A stretch of 64,000 nt of DNA from Eledone cirrhosa (Eukaryota). Shown one piece after another: positions 35,897 to 50,300 of the stretch. The notes under the pieces are model-generated. The model was not told where the DNA came from. It worked only from the letters and a program-made list of their open reading frames with translations, and searched no databases. A program made the translations under genes and the position numbers. The stretch is from assembly GCA_964016885.1 (NCBI GenBank), contig OZ024743.1, positions 85,002,001 to 85,066,000 on the forward strand, read 5' to 3'. The number at the start of each line of letters is the position of its first letter. Position 1 is the stretch's first letter.

Positions 35897-36619
35897 CTAT
35901 GGAAGGAACACAAGAGGAAGGAAGTTGTGCTGGAGAAGACCTGTCCAACCCCTGCAAACATGGAAAAACTTAAGTAAAAGTGTGATGTTGATGATGATGA
36001 TCATCATCATCTCAAGCTGATGATGCCCATGATGATCATGACAATGGCGATGACAGTGATGATGGCAATTATGATGATGATGATGTTGATGGCAATGGTA
36101 ATGTTGATGGTGATTGTTTAGTAAAGCTGTTACAATCCAAGTAAGAAACCCAAGACTGACAACTAAACTATAGTTTACCTTGTAGTGGACACCACATGGC
36201 TGAATGGTCAAGGAGGTTACTTCATAATTATTAGGTTCAATCAGTTCAATCTTACTGTTTGTAATCTTGGTCAAATGTCTTTTACCATAGCATTTGGTAG
36301 ATTCAAGCCTTGTGGGTGAAATTGGGTACTCTCAGCGTCTTGAATAATCTTCCCCTGCCCTGCCTATTCACCCCCACCCCATTATTAAATGTTACTAATC
36401 TATCTCCGGTGAAATGTTATTTTAAGTGGTAGCATTCCTGCAACAATTAATTTTCTTTATACATTAAAAAATATTATACATAACCAAAAAAAAACATTAC
36501 TAGAAATCCCATACATTATAAGATAAATAGGATGGGTTGGGGTCTCAATATGCAAACTAAACGACTAATTCTGGTTTTTAAAGAAATAAACGGATGCAAC
36601 CTAGAAAAAATACTGATTT

Positions 36620-36845
36620 CCCCCCCCCCCCCAATATTCCAACCCACCACATATTCTCCCCCCCCACTTATTCCCCCCACTTATCTTATTCCAACACCCC
36701 CACATATTCCACCCCCCACTTATTCCACCACCACCCCACTTATTCCCCCCACTTATTCCAACCCCCACTTATTCCACCACCCCCACTTATTCCAACACCC
36801 CCACTTATTCTACCCCACCCCACCTATTCCAACTCCCTATTATTT
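36620..36845. repeat. C-rich ~17-bp repeat
   Basis: Units of cccccacttattcca. Confidence 0.85.
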
Positions 36846-37232
36846 GGAACCCGAGATTAAATAGAAAAGGGTTAAGAAGTGTACTTCATAATTATTAGGT
36901 CCTGGCTTCAATCTCACTGTATGTCATCTTGGGTAAGTGTCACTTACCACACACAGCCATAGGGTAGATCCAAGCCTTGTGAGTGAAATTAGGTAGACTG
37001 AAACTGTTCTGGAAGCCAATCATATTGAACTATAACTGTAATTCAAACTGCCAGCATTGTCCAACACCCTGTCATGCCGAATCTCCCTGAGAATTACATC
37101 AAGTGTATAGGTGTACATGGAACAATTTTGATGGAGTCAAACTTTGGATAGTGATCTCCATAGACACTAGAACTATTTATTAGTAGAAAGTTAGTTGAGA
37201 TCAATTTTTTTTAACACCCACTTACATGCATA

Positions 37233-37765
37233 TGAGAGGCTTCAAAAAGTTTGTGGAAAAGTACATAAGCAGTGATTTTGATCTCAATGCACTTGTATGT
37301 TATTGTACTAATGTGTCATAACATGTTCTAACACAAACCCTTAAATACATGTTGCAACGCGGTGGCACCAGTTGGAAATCAGCACCTTGTCGAGCAACCT
37401 GGCCTCCATCAAAACATCAAATTCATGGTGAAGCTAGGGTGGAAGAGCAGCCAAATTATTGGTGCTCTGGAGCAAGTTTATGGGGACATTGCCCCAAAGA
37501 AATCAACAATCTACAAATGGATAAGTCGTTTTAGAAGTGGAAGAGATGAGGTTGAAGATGATCCCTAGTTAAAGATGTAAAAAAAGCTGCGTTGACATGG
37601 TTTAAATTGCATGGCCCTCAGTTTTACACAGATGAACTTAAAGCTGGTATGAATGCTTGCAGAAGTGTATTGGCCTAGATGGAGCATATGTTGTAAAATA
37701 AACATCATAACTTAAACTGTTTTTTCCAACTGTTGTATTTCCACAAACTTTTTCAGGCCCTCTCA
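37233..37765 (+). mobile_element. internally deleted mariner (Tc1/mariner) element
   Basis: TIRs tgagaggcttcaaaaagtttgtggaaa / tttccacaaactttttcaggccctctca, TA TSD; N-terminal HTH fragment IKFMVKLG...VYGDIAPKKSTIYKWISRFRSGRDEVEDDP joined to C-terminal remnant ...LQKCIGLDGAYV. Confidence 0.9.
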
Positions 37766-37989
37766 TATGCATATGTACAACAACAACAACAACAACAACA
37801 ACTATTTTAAGGTCATTTTCCTTTCCAGTGTAGCTGAGTGGTTAGAGAATTGGATTCACAATCTTGAGGTTGTGAGTTCGATTCCTGGACCGGGCGATGC
37901 GTTATGTCCTTGAGCAAGACACTTTATTTCACGTTGCTCCTTCTACCTGGAGTTGCAACCGATAGATAATACTAGCAACTGGAAAGACC

Positions 37990-38392
37990 AACGGAAACAT
38001 TGTTTCCTCGGTCCGATTTGACGAAAGTCAATCGATCCTTTCCTTTCCAAAGTAAGGGCTGGCTTTGTAAGGCCCTATGACAAACTTCTTTCCCCCTATT
38101 ACCTGCATCCCCTCTCACCAATCCTCTAGCTTTCATTTCCTCTCTTATCACCCCCAGCCATGTATTTTTCAGTCTTTCCCTTCTACCGTCTTTCCACATC
38201 AATTTCCATCACTCCTCACACCCAGTCACTTTCATCCTTCAGCACATGACCCCACCTTCTCATTCCATTTCCATTCACAACATTCATCACAGGCTCTATT
38301 TCTATCTCACCTCTCACCGACTCACTTTCATCCTTCCTCAACACATGACCCAGCCATCTCAATCCATTTTACTTTACAACATTCTTCACTGG
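37990..38392 (-). mobile_element. RTE-type LINE 3' fragment with a short internal duplication
   Basis: DGRRERLKNTWLGVIREEMKARGLVRGDAGNR and MRWLGHVLR-like segments; related fragment at 7090-7170 (+). Confidence 0.65.
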
Positions 38393-41300
38393 CATGTGAC
38401 TGTGGGGACCCTGACCAGACAGCCCAGCATGTGACTGTGGGGACCCTGACCAGACAGTCCAGCATGTGACTGTGGGGACCCTGACCAGACAGTCCAGCAT
38501 GTGACTGTGGGGACCCTGACCAGACAGTCCAGCATGTGACTGTGGGGACCCTGACCAGACAGCCCAGCATGTGACTGTGGGGACCCTGAGCAGACAGCCC
38601 AGCATGTGACTGTGGGGACCCTGACCAGACAGTCCAGCATGTGACTGTGGGGACCCTGACCAGACAGTCCAGCATGTGACTGTGGGGACCCTGACCAGAC
38701 AGCCCAGCATGTGACTGTGGGGACCCTGAGCAGACAGCCCAGCATGTGACTGTGGGGACCCTGACCAGACAGTCCAGCATGTGACAGTGGGAACCCTGAC
38801 AAGACAGCCCAGCATGCGACTGTGGGGACCCTGACAAGACAGCAGAGCATGTGACTGTGGGGACCCTGACAAGACAGCCCAGCATGTGACTGTGGGGACC
38901 CTGACCAGACAGCAGAGCATGTGACTGTGGGGACCCTGACAAGACAGTCCAGCATGTGACTGTGGGGACCCTGACAAGACAGCCCAGCATGTGACTGTGG
39001 GGACCCTGACCAGACAGTCCAGCATGTGACTGTGGGGACCCTGACAAGACAGTCCAGCATGTGACTGTGGGGACCCTGACCAGACAGCACAGCATGTGAC
39101 TGTGGGGACCCTGACCAGACAGTCCAGCATGTGACTGTGGGGACCCTGACAAGACAGTCCAGCATGTGACTGTGGGGACCCTGACCAGACAGCACAGCAT
39201 GTGACTGTGGGGACCCTGACAAGACAGTCCAGCATGTGACTGTGGGAACCCTGACAAGACAGTCCAGCATGTGACTGTGGGGACCCTGACAAGACATCCC
39301 AGCATGTGACTGTGGGGACCCTGACCAGACAGCCCAGCATGTGACTGTGGGGACCCTGACAAGACAGCACAGCACGTGACTGTGGGGACCCTGACAAGAC
39401 AGTCCAGCATGTGACTGTGGGGACCCTGACAAGACAGTCCAGCATGTGACTGTGGGGACCCTGACAAGACAGTCCAGCATGTGACTGTGGGGACCCTGAC
39501 CAGACAGCACAGCATGTGACTGTGGGGACCCTGACAAGACAGTCCAGCATGTGACTGTGGGGACCCTGACAAGACAGCAGAGCATGTGACTGTGGGGACC
39601 CTGACAAGACAGCACAGCATGTGACTGTGGGGACACTGACCAGACAGTCCAGCATGTGACTGTGGGGACCCTGACAAGACAGCAGAGCATGTGACTGTGG
39701 GGACCCTGACCAGACAGTCCAGCATGTGACTGTGGGGACCCTGACCAGACAGTCCAGCATGTGACTGTGGCGACCCTGACAAGACAGCCCAGCATGTGAC
39801 TGTGGGGACCCTGACAAGACAGCCCAGCATGAGACTGTGGGGACCCTGACAAGACAGCACAGCATGTGACTGTGGGGACCCTGACCAGACAGCACAGCAT
39901 GTGACTGTGGGGACCCTGACAAGACAGTCCAGCATGTGACTGTGGGGACCCTGACCAGACAGCCCAGCATGTGACTGTGGGGACCCTGACAAGACAGCCC
40001 AGCATGTGACTGTGGGGACCCTGACAAGACAGCACAGCATGTGACTGTGGGGACCCTGACCAGACAGCACAGCATGTGACTGTGGGGACCCTGACAAGAC
40101 AGCAGAGCATGTGACTGTGGGGACCCTGACAGGACAGTCCAGCATGTGACTGTGGGGACCCTGACCAGACAGCACAGCATGTGACTGTGGGGACCCTGAC
40201 AAGACAGTCCAGCATGTGACTGTGGGGACCCTGACCAGACAGCACAGCATGTGACTGTGGGGACACTGACAAGACAGCCCAGCATGTGACTGTGGGGACC
40301 CCGACAAGACAGCCCAGCATGTGACTGTGGGGACCCTGACAAGACAGCAGAGCATGTGACTGTGGGGACCCTGACCAGACAGTCCAGCATGTGACTGTGG
40401 GGACCCTGACAAGACAGTCCAGCATGTGACTGTGGGGACCCTGACCAGACAGCACAGCATGTGACTGTGGGGACCCTGACCAGACAGTCCAGCATGTGAC
40501 TGTGGGGACCCTGACAAGACAGTCCAGCATGTGACTGTGGGGACCCTGACCAGACAGTCCAGCATGTGACTGTGGGGACCCTGACAAGACAGTACAGCAT
40601 GTGACTGTGGGGACGCTGACCAGACAGCACAGCATGTGACTGTGGGAACCCTGACAAGACAGTCCAGCATGTGACTGTGGGGACCCTGACAAGACAGTCC
40701 AGCATGTGACTGTGGGGACCCTGACAAGACATCCCAGCATGTGACTGTGGGGACCCTGACCAGACAGCCCAGCATGTGACTGTGGGGAACCCTGACAAGA
40801 CAGTCCAGCATGTGACTGTGGGGACCCTGACAAGACAGTCCAGCATGTGACTGTGGGAACCCTGACCAGACAGCCCAGCATGTGACTGTGGGGAACCCTG
40901 ACAAGACATCCCAGCTTGTGACTGTGGGGACCCTGACCAGACAGCCCAGCATGTGACTGTGGGGACCCTGACAAGACAGCCCAGCATGTGACTGTGGGGA
41001 CCCTGACAAGACAGTCCAGCATGTGACTGTGGGAACCCTGACAAGACAGTCCAGCATGTGACTGTGGGGACCCTGACAAGACATCCCAGCATGTGACTGT
41101 GGGGACCCTGACCAGACAGCCCAGCATGTGACTGTGGGGACCCTGACAAGACAGCACAGCACGTGACTGTGGGGACCCTGACAAGACAGTCCAGCATGTG
41201 ACTGTGGGGACCCTGACAAGACAGTCCAGCATGTGACTGTGGGGACCCTGACAAGACAGTCCAGCATGTGACTGTGGGGACCCTGACAAGACAGTCCAGC

Positions 41301-44300
41301 ATGTGACTGTGGGGACCCTGACAAGACAGTCCAGCATGTGACTGTGGGGACCCTGACCAGACAGTCCAGCATGTGACTGTGGGGACCCTGACAAGACAGC
41401 AGAGCATGTGACTGTGGGGACCCTGACAAGACAGTCCAGCATGTGACTGTGGGGACCCTGACAAGACAGCAGAGCATGTGACTGTGGGGACCCTGACAAG
41501 ACAGCACAGCATGTGACTGTGGGGACCCTGACCAGACAGTCCAGCATGTGACTGTGGGGACCCTGACAAGACAGTCCAGCATGTCACTGTGGGGACCCTG
41601 ACAAGACAGCACAGCATGTCACTGTGGGGACCCTGACAAGACAGTCCAGTATGTGACTGTGGGGACCCTGACCAGACAGCCCAGCATGTGACTGTGGGGA
41701 CCCTGACAAGACAGCCAAGCATGTGACTGTGGGGACCCTGACAAGACAGCACAGCATGTGACTGTGGGGACCCTGACCAGACAGCACAGCATGTGACTGT
41801 GGGGACCCTGACATAACAGCAGAGCATGTGACTGTGGGGACCCTGACAGGACAGTCCAGCATGTGACTGTGGGGACCCTGACCAGACAGCACAGCATGTG
41901 ACTGTGGGGACCCTGACAAGACAGCCCAGCATGTGACTGTGGGGACCCTGACAAGACAGCAGAGCATGTGACTGTGGGGACCCTGACCAGACAGCACAGC
42001 ATCTGACTGTGGGGACCCTGACAAGACAGCCCAGCATGTGACTGTGGGGACCCTGACAAGACAGTCCAGCATGTGACTGTGAGGACCCTGACCAGACAGC
42101 ACAGCATGTGACTGTGGGGACCCTGACAAGACAGCACAGCATGTGACTGTGGGGACCCTGACCAGACAGCCCAGCATGTGACTGTGGGGACCCTGACAAG
42201 ACAGCCCAGCATGTGACTGTGGGGACCCTGACAAGACAGTCCAGCATGTGACTGTGGGGACCCTGACCAGACAGCCCAGCATGTTACTGTGGGGACCCTG
42301 ACCAGACAGCACAGCATGTGACTGTGGGGACCCTGACCAGACAGCACAGCATGTGACTGTGGGGACCCTGACAAGACAGACCAGCATGTGACTGTGGGGA
42401 CCCTGACAAGACAGCAGAGCATGTGACTGTGGGGACCCTGACAAGACAGCCCAGCATGTGACTGTGGGGACCCTGACAAGACAGTCCAGCATGTGACTGT
42501 GGGGACCCTGACCAGACAGCACAGCATGTGACTGTGGGGACCCTGACAAGACAGCAGAGCATGTGACTGTGGGGACCCTGACCAGACAGCACAGCATGTG
42601 ACTGTGGGGACCCTGACAAGACAGCACAGCATGTGACTGTGGGGACCCTGACAAGACAGTCCAGCATGTGACTGTGGGGACCCTGACCAGACAGCACAGC
42701 ATGTGACTGTGGGGACCCTGACCAGACAGCACAGCATGTGACTGTCGGGACCCTGACAAGACAGCCCAGCATGTGACTGTGGGGACCCTGACAAGACAGC
42801 CCAGCATGTGACTGTGGGGACCCTGACCAGACAGCACAGCATGTGACTGTGGGGACCCTGACCAGACAGCACAGCATGTGACTGTGGGGACTCTGACCAG
42901 ACAGCACAGCATGTGACTGTGGGGACCCTGACCAGACAGCACAGCATGTGACTGTGGGGACCCTGACAAGACAGCACAGCATGTGACTGTGGGGACCCTG
43001 ACCAGACAGCACAGCATGTGACTGTGGGGACCCTGACCAGACAGCACAGCATGTGACTGTGGGGACCCTGACAAGACAGCACAGCATGTGACTGTGGGGA
43101 CCCTGATCAGACAGCAGAGCATGTGACTGTGGGGACCCTGACAAGACAGCACAGCATGTGACTGTGGGGACCCTGACAAGACAGTCCAGCATGTGACTGT
43201 GGGGACCCTGACCAGACAGCACAGCATGTGACTGTGGGGACCCTGACAAGACAGCAGAGCATGTGACTGTGGGGACCCTGACAAGACATCCCAGCATGTG
43301 ACTGTGGGGACCCTGACAAAACAGCCCAGCATGTGACTGTGGGGAGCCTGACAAGACAGTCCAGCATGTGACTGTGGGGACCCTGACCAGACAGCACAGC
43401 ATGTGACTGTGGGGACCCTGACAAGACAGCCCAGCATGTGACTGTGGGGACCCTGACAAGACAGTCCAGCATGTGACTGTGGGGACCCTGACCAGACAGC
43501 ACAGCATGTGACTGTGGGGACCCTGACAAGACAGCAGAGCATGTGACTGTGGGGACCCTGACAAGACAGCACAGCATGTGACTGTGGGGACCCTGACCAG
43601 ACAGTCCAGCATGTGACTGTGGGGACCCTGACCAGACAGCAGAGCATGTGACTGTGGGGACCCTGACAAGACAGCCCAGCGTGTGACTGTGGGGACCCTG
43701 ACAAGACAGCCCAGCATGTGACTGTGGGGACCCTGACCAGACAGCAGAGCATGTGACTGTGGGAACCCTGACCAGACAGTCCAGCATGTGACTGTGGGGA
43801 CCCTGACAAGACAGTCCAGCATGTGACTGTGAGGACCCTGACCAGACAGCGCAGCATGTGACTGTGGGGACCCTGACCAGACAGCACAGCATGTGACTGT
43901 GGGGACCCTGACCAGACAGTCCAGCATGTGACTGTGGGGACCCTGACAAGACAGTCCAGCACGTGACTGTGGGGACCCTGACCAGACAGCCCAGCATGTG
44001 ACTGTGGGGACCCTGACCAAACAGCCCAGCGTGTGACTGTGGGGACCCTGACCAGACAGCACAGCATGTGACTGTGGGGACCCTGACAAGACAGCAGAGC
44101 ATGTGACTGTGGGGACCCTGACAAGACAGTCCAGCATGTGACTGTGGGGACCCGAACAAGACAGCACAGCATGTGACTGTGGGGACCCTGACCAGACAGC
44201 AGAGCATGTGACTGTGGGGACCCTGACAAGACAGTCCAGCATGTGACTGTGGGGACCCTGACCAGACAGCCCAGCATGTGACTGTGGGGACCCTGACCAG

Positions 44301-47300
44301 ACAGCACAGCATGTGACTGTGGCAACCCTGACAAGACAGTCCAGCATGTGACTGTGGGGACGCTGACCAGACAGCACAGCATGTGACTGTGGGGACCCTG
44401 ACAAGACAGCCCAGCATGTGACAGTGGGAACCCTGACAAGACAGCCCAGCATGCGACTGTGGGGACCCTGACAAGACAGCAGAGCATGTGACTGTGGGGA
44501 CCCTGACAAGACAGCCCAGCATGTGACTGTGGGGACCCTGACCAGACAGCAGAGCATGTGTCTGTGGGGACCCTGACAAGACAGTCCAGCATGTGACTGT
44601 GGGGACCCTGACAAGACAGCCCAGCATGTGACTGTGGGGACCCTGACCAGACAGTCCAGCATGTGACTGTGGGGACCCTGACCAGACAGCCCAGCATGTG
44701 ACTGTGGGGACCCTGAGCAGACAGCCCAGCATGTGACTGTGGGGACCCTGACCAGACAGTCCAGCATGTGACAGTGGGAACCCTGACAAGACAGCCCAGC
44801 ATGCGACTGTGGGGACCCTGACAAGACAGCAGAGCATGTGACTGTGGGGACCCTGACAAGACAGCCCAGCATGTGACTGTGGGGACCCTGACCAGACAGC
44901 AGAGCATGTGACTGTGGGGACCCTGACAAGACAGTCCAGCATGTGACTGTGGGGACCCTGACAAGACAGCCCAGCATGTGACTGTGGGGACCCTGACCAG
45001 ACAGTCCAGCATGTGACTGTGGGGACCCTGACAAGACAGTCCAGCATGTGACTGTGGGGACCCTGACCAGACAGCACAGCATGTGACTGTGGGGACCCTG
45101 ACCAGACAGTCCAGCATGTGACTGTGGGGACCCTGACAAGACAGTCCAGCATGTGACTGTGGGGACCCTGACCAGACAGCACAGCATGTGACTGTGGGGA
45201 CCCTGACAAGACAGTCCAGCATGTGACTGTGGGAACCCTGACAAGACAGTCCAGCATGTGACTGTGGGGACCCTGACAAGACATCCCAGCATGTGACTGT
45301 GGGGACCCTGACCAGACAGCCCAGCATGTGACTGTGGGGACCCTGACAAGACAGCACAGCACGTGACTGTGGGGACCCTGACAAGACAGTCCAGCATGTG
45401 ACTGTGGGGACCCTGACAAGACAGTCCAGCATGTGACTGTGGGGACCCTGACAAGACAGTCCAGCATGTGACTGTGGGGACCCTGACCAGACAGCACAGC
45501 ATGTGACTGTGGGGACCCTGACAAGACAGTCCAGCATGTGACTGTGGGGACCCTGACAAGACAGCAGAGCATGTGACTGTGGGGACCCTGACAAGACAGC
45601 ACAGCATGTGACTGTGGGGACACTGACCAGACAGTCCAGCATGTGACTGTGGGGACCCTGACAAGACAGCAGAGCATGTGACTGTGGGGACCCTGACCAG
45701 ACAGTCCAGCATGTGACTGTGGGGACCCTGACCAGACAGTCCAGCATGTGACTGTGGGGACCCTGACAAGACAGCCCAGCATGTGACTGTGGGGACCCTG
45801 ACAAGACAGCCCAGCATGAGACTGTGGGGACCCTGACAAGACAGCACAGCATGTGACTGTGGGGACCCTGACCAGACAGCACAGCATGTGACTGTGGGGA
45901 CCCTGACAAGACAGTCCAGCATGTGACTGTGGGGACCCTGACCAGACAGCCCAGCATGTGACTGTGGGGACCCTGACAAGACAGCCCAGCATGTGACTGT
46001 GGGGACCCTGACAAGACAGCACAGCATGTGACTGTGGGGACCCTGACTAGACAGCACAGCATGTGACTGTGGGGACCCTGACAAGACAGCAGAGCATGTG
46101 ACTGTGGGGACCCTGACAGGACAGTCCAGCATGTGACTGTGGGGACCCTGACCAGACAGCACAGCATGTGACTGTGGGGACCCTGACAAGACAGTCCAGC
46201 ATGTGACTGTGGGGACCCTGACCAGACAGCACAGCATGTGACTGTGGGGACACTGACAAGACAGCCCAGCATGTGACTGTGGGGACCCCGACAAGACAGC
46301 CCAGCATGTGACTGTGGGGACCCTGACAAGACAGCAGAGCATGTGACTGTGGGGACCCTGACCAGACAGTCCAGCATGTGACTGTGGGGACCCTGACAAG
46401 ACAGTCCAGCATGTGACTGTGGGGACCCTGACCAGACAGTCCAGCATGTGACTGTGGGGACCCTGACAAGACAGTCCAGCATGTGACTGTGGGGACCCTG
46501 ACCAGACAGTCCAGCATGTGACTGTGGGGACCCTGACAAGACAGTACAGCATGTGACTGTGGGGACGCTGACCAGACAGCACAGCATGTGACTGTGGGAA
46601 CCCTGACAAGACAGTCCAGCATGTGACTGTGGGGACCCTGACAAGACAGTCCAGCATGTGACTGTGGGGACCCTGACAAGACATCCCAGCATGTGACTGT
46701 GGGGACCCTGACCAGACAGCCCAGCATGTGACTGTGGGGAACCCTGACAAGACAGTCCAGCATGTGACTGTGGGGACCCTGACAAGACAGTCCAGCATGT
46801 GACTGTGGGAACCCTGACCAGACAGCCCAGCATGTGACTGTGGGGAACCCTGACAAGACATCCCAGCTTGTGACTGTGGGGACCCTGACCAGACAGCCCA
46901 GCATGTGACTGTGGGGACCCTGACAAGACAGCCCAGCATGTGACTGTGGGGACCCTGACAAGACAGTCCAGCATGTGACTGTGGGAACCCTGACAAGACA
47001 GTCCAGCATGTGACTGTGGGGACCCTGACAAGACATCCCAGCATGTGACTGTGGGGACCCTGACCAGACAGCCCAGCATGTGACTGTGGGGACCCTGACA
47101 AGACAGCACAGCACGTGACTGTGGGGACCCTGACAAGACAGTCCAGCATGTGACTGTGGGGACCCTGACAAGACAGTCCAGCATGTGACTGTGGGGACCC
47201 TGACAAGACAGTCCAGCATGTGACTGTGGGGACCCTGACAAGACAGTCCAGCATGTGACTGTGGGGACCCTGACAAGACAGTCCAGCATGTGACTGTGGG

Positions 47301-50300
47301 GACCCTGACCAGACAGTCCAGCATGTGACTGTGGGGACCCTGACAAGACAGCAGAGCATGTGACTGTGGGGACCCTGACAAGACAGTCCAGCATGTGACT
47401 GTGGGGACCCTGACAAGACAGCAGAGCATGTGACTGTGGGGACCCTGACAAGACAGCACAGCATGTGACTGTGGGGACCCTGACCAGACAGTCCAGCATG
47501 TGACTGTGGGGACCCTGACAAGACAGTCCAGCATGTCACTGTGGGGACCCTGACAAGACAGCACAGCATGTCACTGTGGGGACCCTGACAAGACAGTCCA
47601 GTATGTGACTGTGGGGACCCTGACCAGACAGCCCAGCATGTGACTGTGGGGACCCTGACAAGACAGCCAAGCATGTGACTGTGGGGACCCTGACAAGACA
47701 GCACAGCATGTGACTGTGGGGACCCTGACCAGACAGCACAGCATGTGACTGTGGGGACCCTGACATAACAGCAGAGCATGTGACTGTGGGGACCCTGACA
47801 GGACAGTCCAGCATGTGACTGTGGGGACCCTGACCAGACAGCACAGCATGTGACTGTGGGGACCCTGACAAGACAGCCCAGCATGTGACTGTGGGGACCC
47901 TGACAAGACAGCAGAGCATGTGACTGTGGGGACCCTGACCAGACAGCACAGCATCTGACTGTGGGGACCCTGACAAGACAGCCCAGCATGTGACTGTGGG
48001 GACCCTGACAAGACAGTCCAGCATGTGACTGTGAGGACCCTGACAAGACAGACCAGCATGTGACTGTGGGGACCCTGACAAGACAGCACAGCATGTGACT
48101 GTGGGGACCCTGACCAGACAGCCCAGCATGTGACTGTGGGGACCCTGACAAGACAGCCCAGCATGTGACTGTGGGGACCCTGACAAGACAGTCCAGCATG
48201 TGACTGTGGGGACCCTGACCAGACAGCCCAGCATGTTACTGTGGGGACCCTGACCAGACAGCACAGCATGTGACTGTGGGGACCCTGACCAGACAGCACA
48301 GCATGTGACTGTGGGGACCCTGACAAGACAGACCAGCATGTGACTGTGGGGACCCTGACAAGACAGCAGAGCATGTGACTGTGGGGACCCTGACAAGACA
48401 GCCCAGCATGTGACTGTGGGGACCCTGACAAGACAGTCCAGCATGTGACTGTGGGGACCCTGACCAGACAGCACAGCATGTGACTGTGGGGACCCTGACA
48501 AGACAGCAGAGCATGTGACTGTGGGGACCCTGACCAGACAGCACAGCATGTGACTGTGGGGACCCTGACAAGACAGCACAGCATGTGACTGTGGGGACCC
48601 TGACAAGACAGTCCAGCATGTGACTGTGGGGACCCTGACCAGACAGCACAGCATGTGACTGTGGGGACCCTGACCAGACAGCACAGCATGTGACTGTCGG
48701 GACCCTGACAAGACAGCCCAGCATGTGACTGTGGGGACCCTGACAAGACAGCCCAGCATGTGACTGTGGGGACCCTGACCAGACAGCACAGCATGTGACT
48801 GTGGGGACCCTGACCAGACAGCACAGCATGTGACTGTGGGGACTCTGACCAGACAGCACAGCATGTGACTGTGGGGACCCTGACCAGACAGCACAGCATG
48901 TGACTGTGGGGACCCTGACAAGACAGCACAGCATGTGACTGTGGGGACCCTGACCAGACAGCACAGCATGTGACTGTGGGGACCCTGACCAGACAGCACA
49001 GCATGTGACTGTGGGGACCCTGACAAGACAGCACAGCATGTGACTGTGGGGACCCTGATCAGACAGCAGAGCATGTGACTGTGGGGACCCTGACAAGACA
49101 GCACAGCATGTGACTGTGGGGACCCTGACAAGACAGTCCAGCATGTGACTGTGGGGACCCTGACCAGACAGCACAGCATGTGACTGTGGGGACCCTGACA
49201 AGACAGCAGAGCATGTGACTGTGGGGACCCTGACAAGACATCCCAGCATGTGACTGTGGGGACCCTGACAAAACAGCCCAGCATGTGACTGTGGGGAGCC
49301 TGACAAGACAGTCCAGCATGTGACTGTGGGGACCCTGACCAGACAGCACAGCATGTGACTGTGGGGACCCTGACAAGACAGCCCAGCATGTGACTGTGGG
49401 GACCCTGACAAGACAGTCCAGCATGTGACTGTGGGGACCCTGACCAGACAGCACAGCATATGACTGTGGGGACCCTGACAAGACAGCAGAGCATGTGACT
49501 GTGGGGACCCTGACAAGACAGCACAGCATGTGACTGTGGGGACCCTGACCAGACAGTCCAGCATGTGACTGTGGGGACCCTGACCAGACAGCAGAGCATG
49601 TGACTGTGGGGACCCTGACAAGACAGCCCAGCATGTGACTGTGGGGACCCTGACAAGACAGCCCAGCATGTGACTGTGGGGACCCTGACCAGACAGCAGA
49701 GCATGTGACTGTGGGAACCCTGACCAGACAGTCCAGCATGTGACTGTGGGGACCCTGACAAGACAGTCCAGCATGTGACTGTGAGGACCCTGACCAGACA
49801 GCGCAGCATGTGACTGTGGGGACCCTGACCAGACAGCACAGCATGTGACTGTGGGGACCCTGACCAGACAGTCCAGCATGTGACTGTGGGGACCCTGACA
49901 AGACAGTCCAGCACGTGACTGTGGGGACCCTGACCAGACAGCCCAGCATGTGACTGTGGGGACCCTGACCAAACAGCCCAGCGTGTGACTGTGGGGACCC
50001 TGACCAGACAGCACAGCATGTGACTGTGGGGACCCTGACAAGACAGCAGAGCATGTGACTGTGGGGACCCTGACAAGACAGTCCAGCATGTGACTGTGGG
50101 GACCCGAACAAGACAGCACAGCATGTGACTGTGGGGACCCTGACCAGACAGCAGAGCATGTGACTGTGGGGACCCTGACAAGACAGTCCAGCATGTGACT
50201 GTGGGGACCCTGACCAGACAGCCCAGCATGTGACTGTGGGGACCCTGACCAGACAGCACAGCATGTGACTGTGGCAACCCTGACAAGACAGTCCAGCATG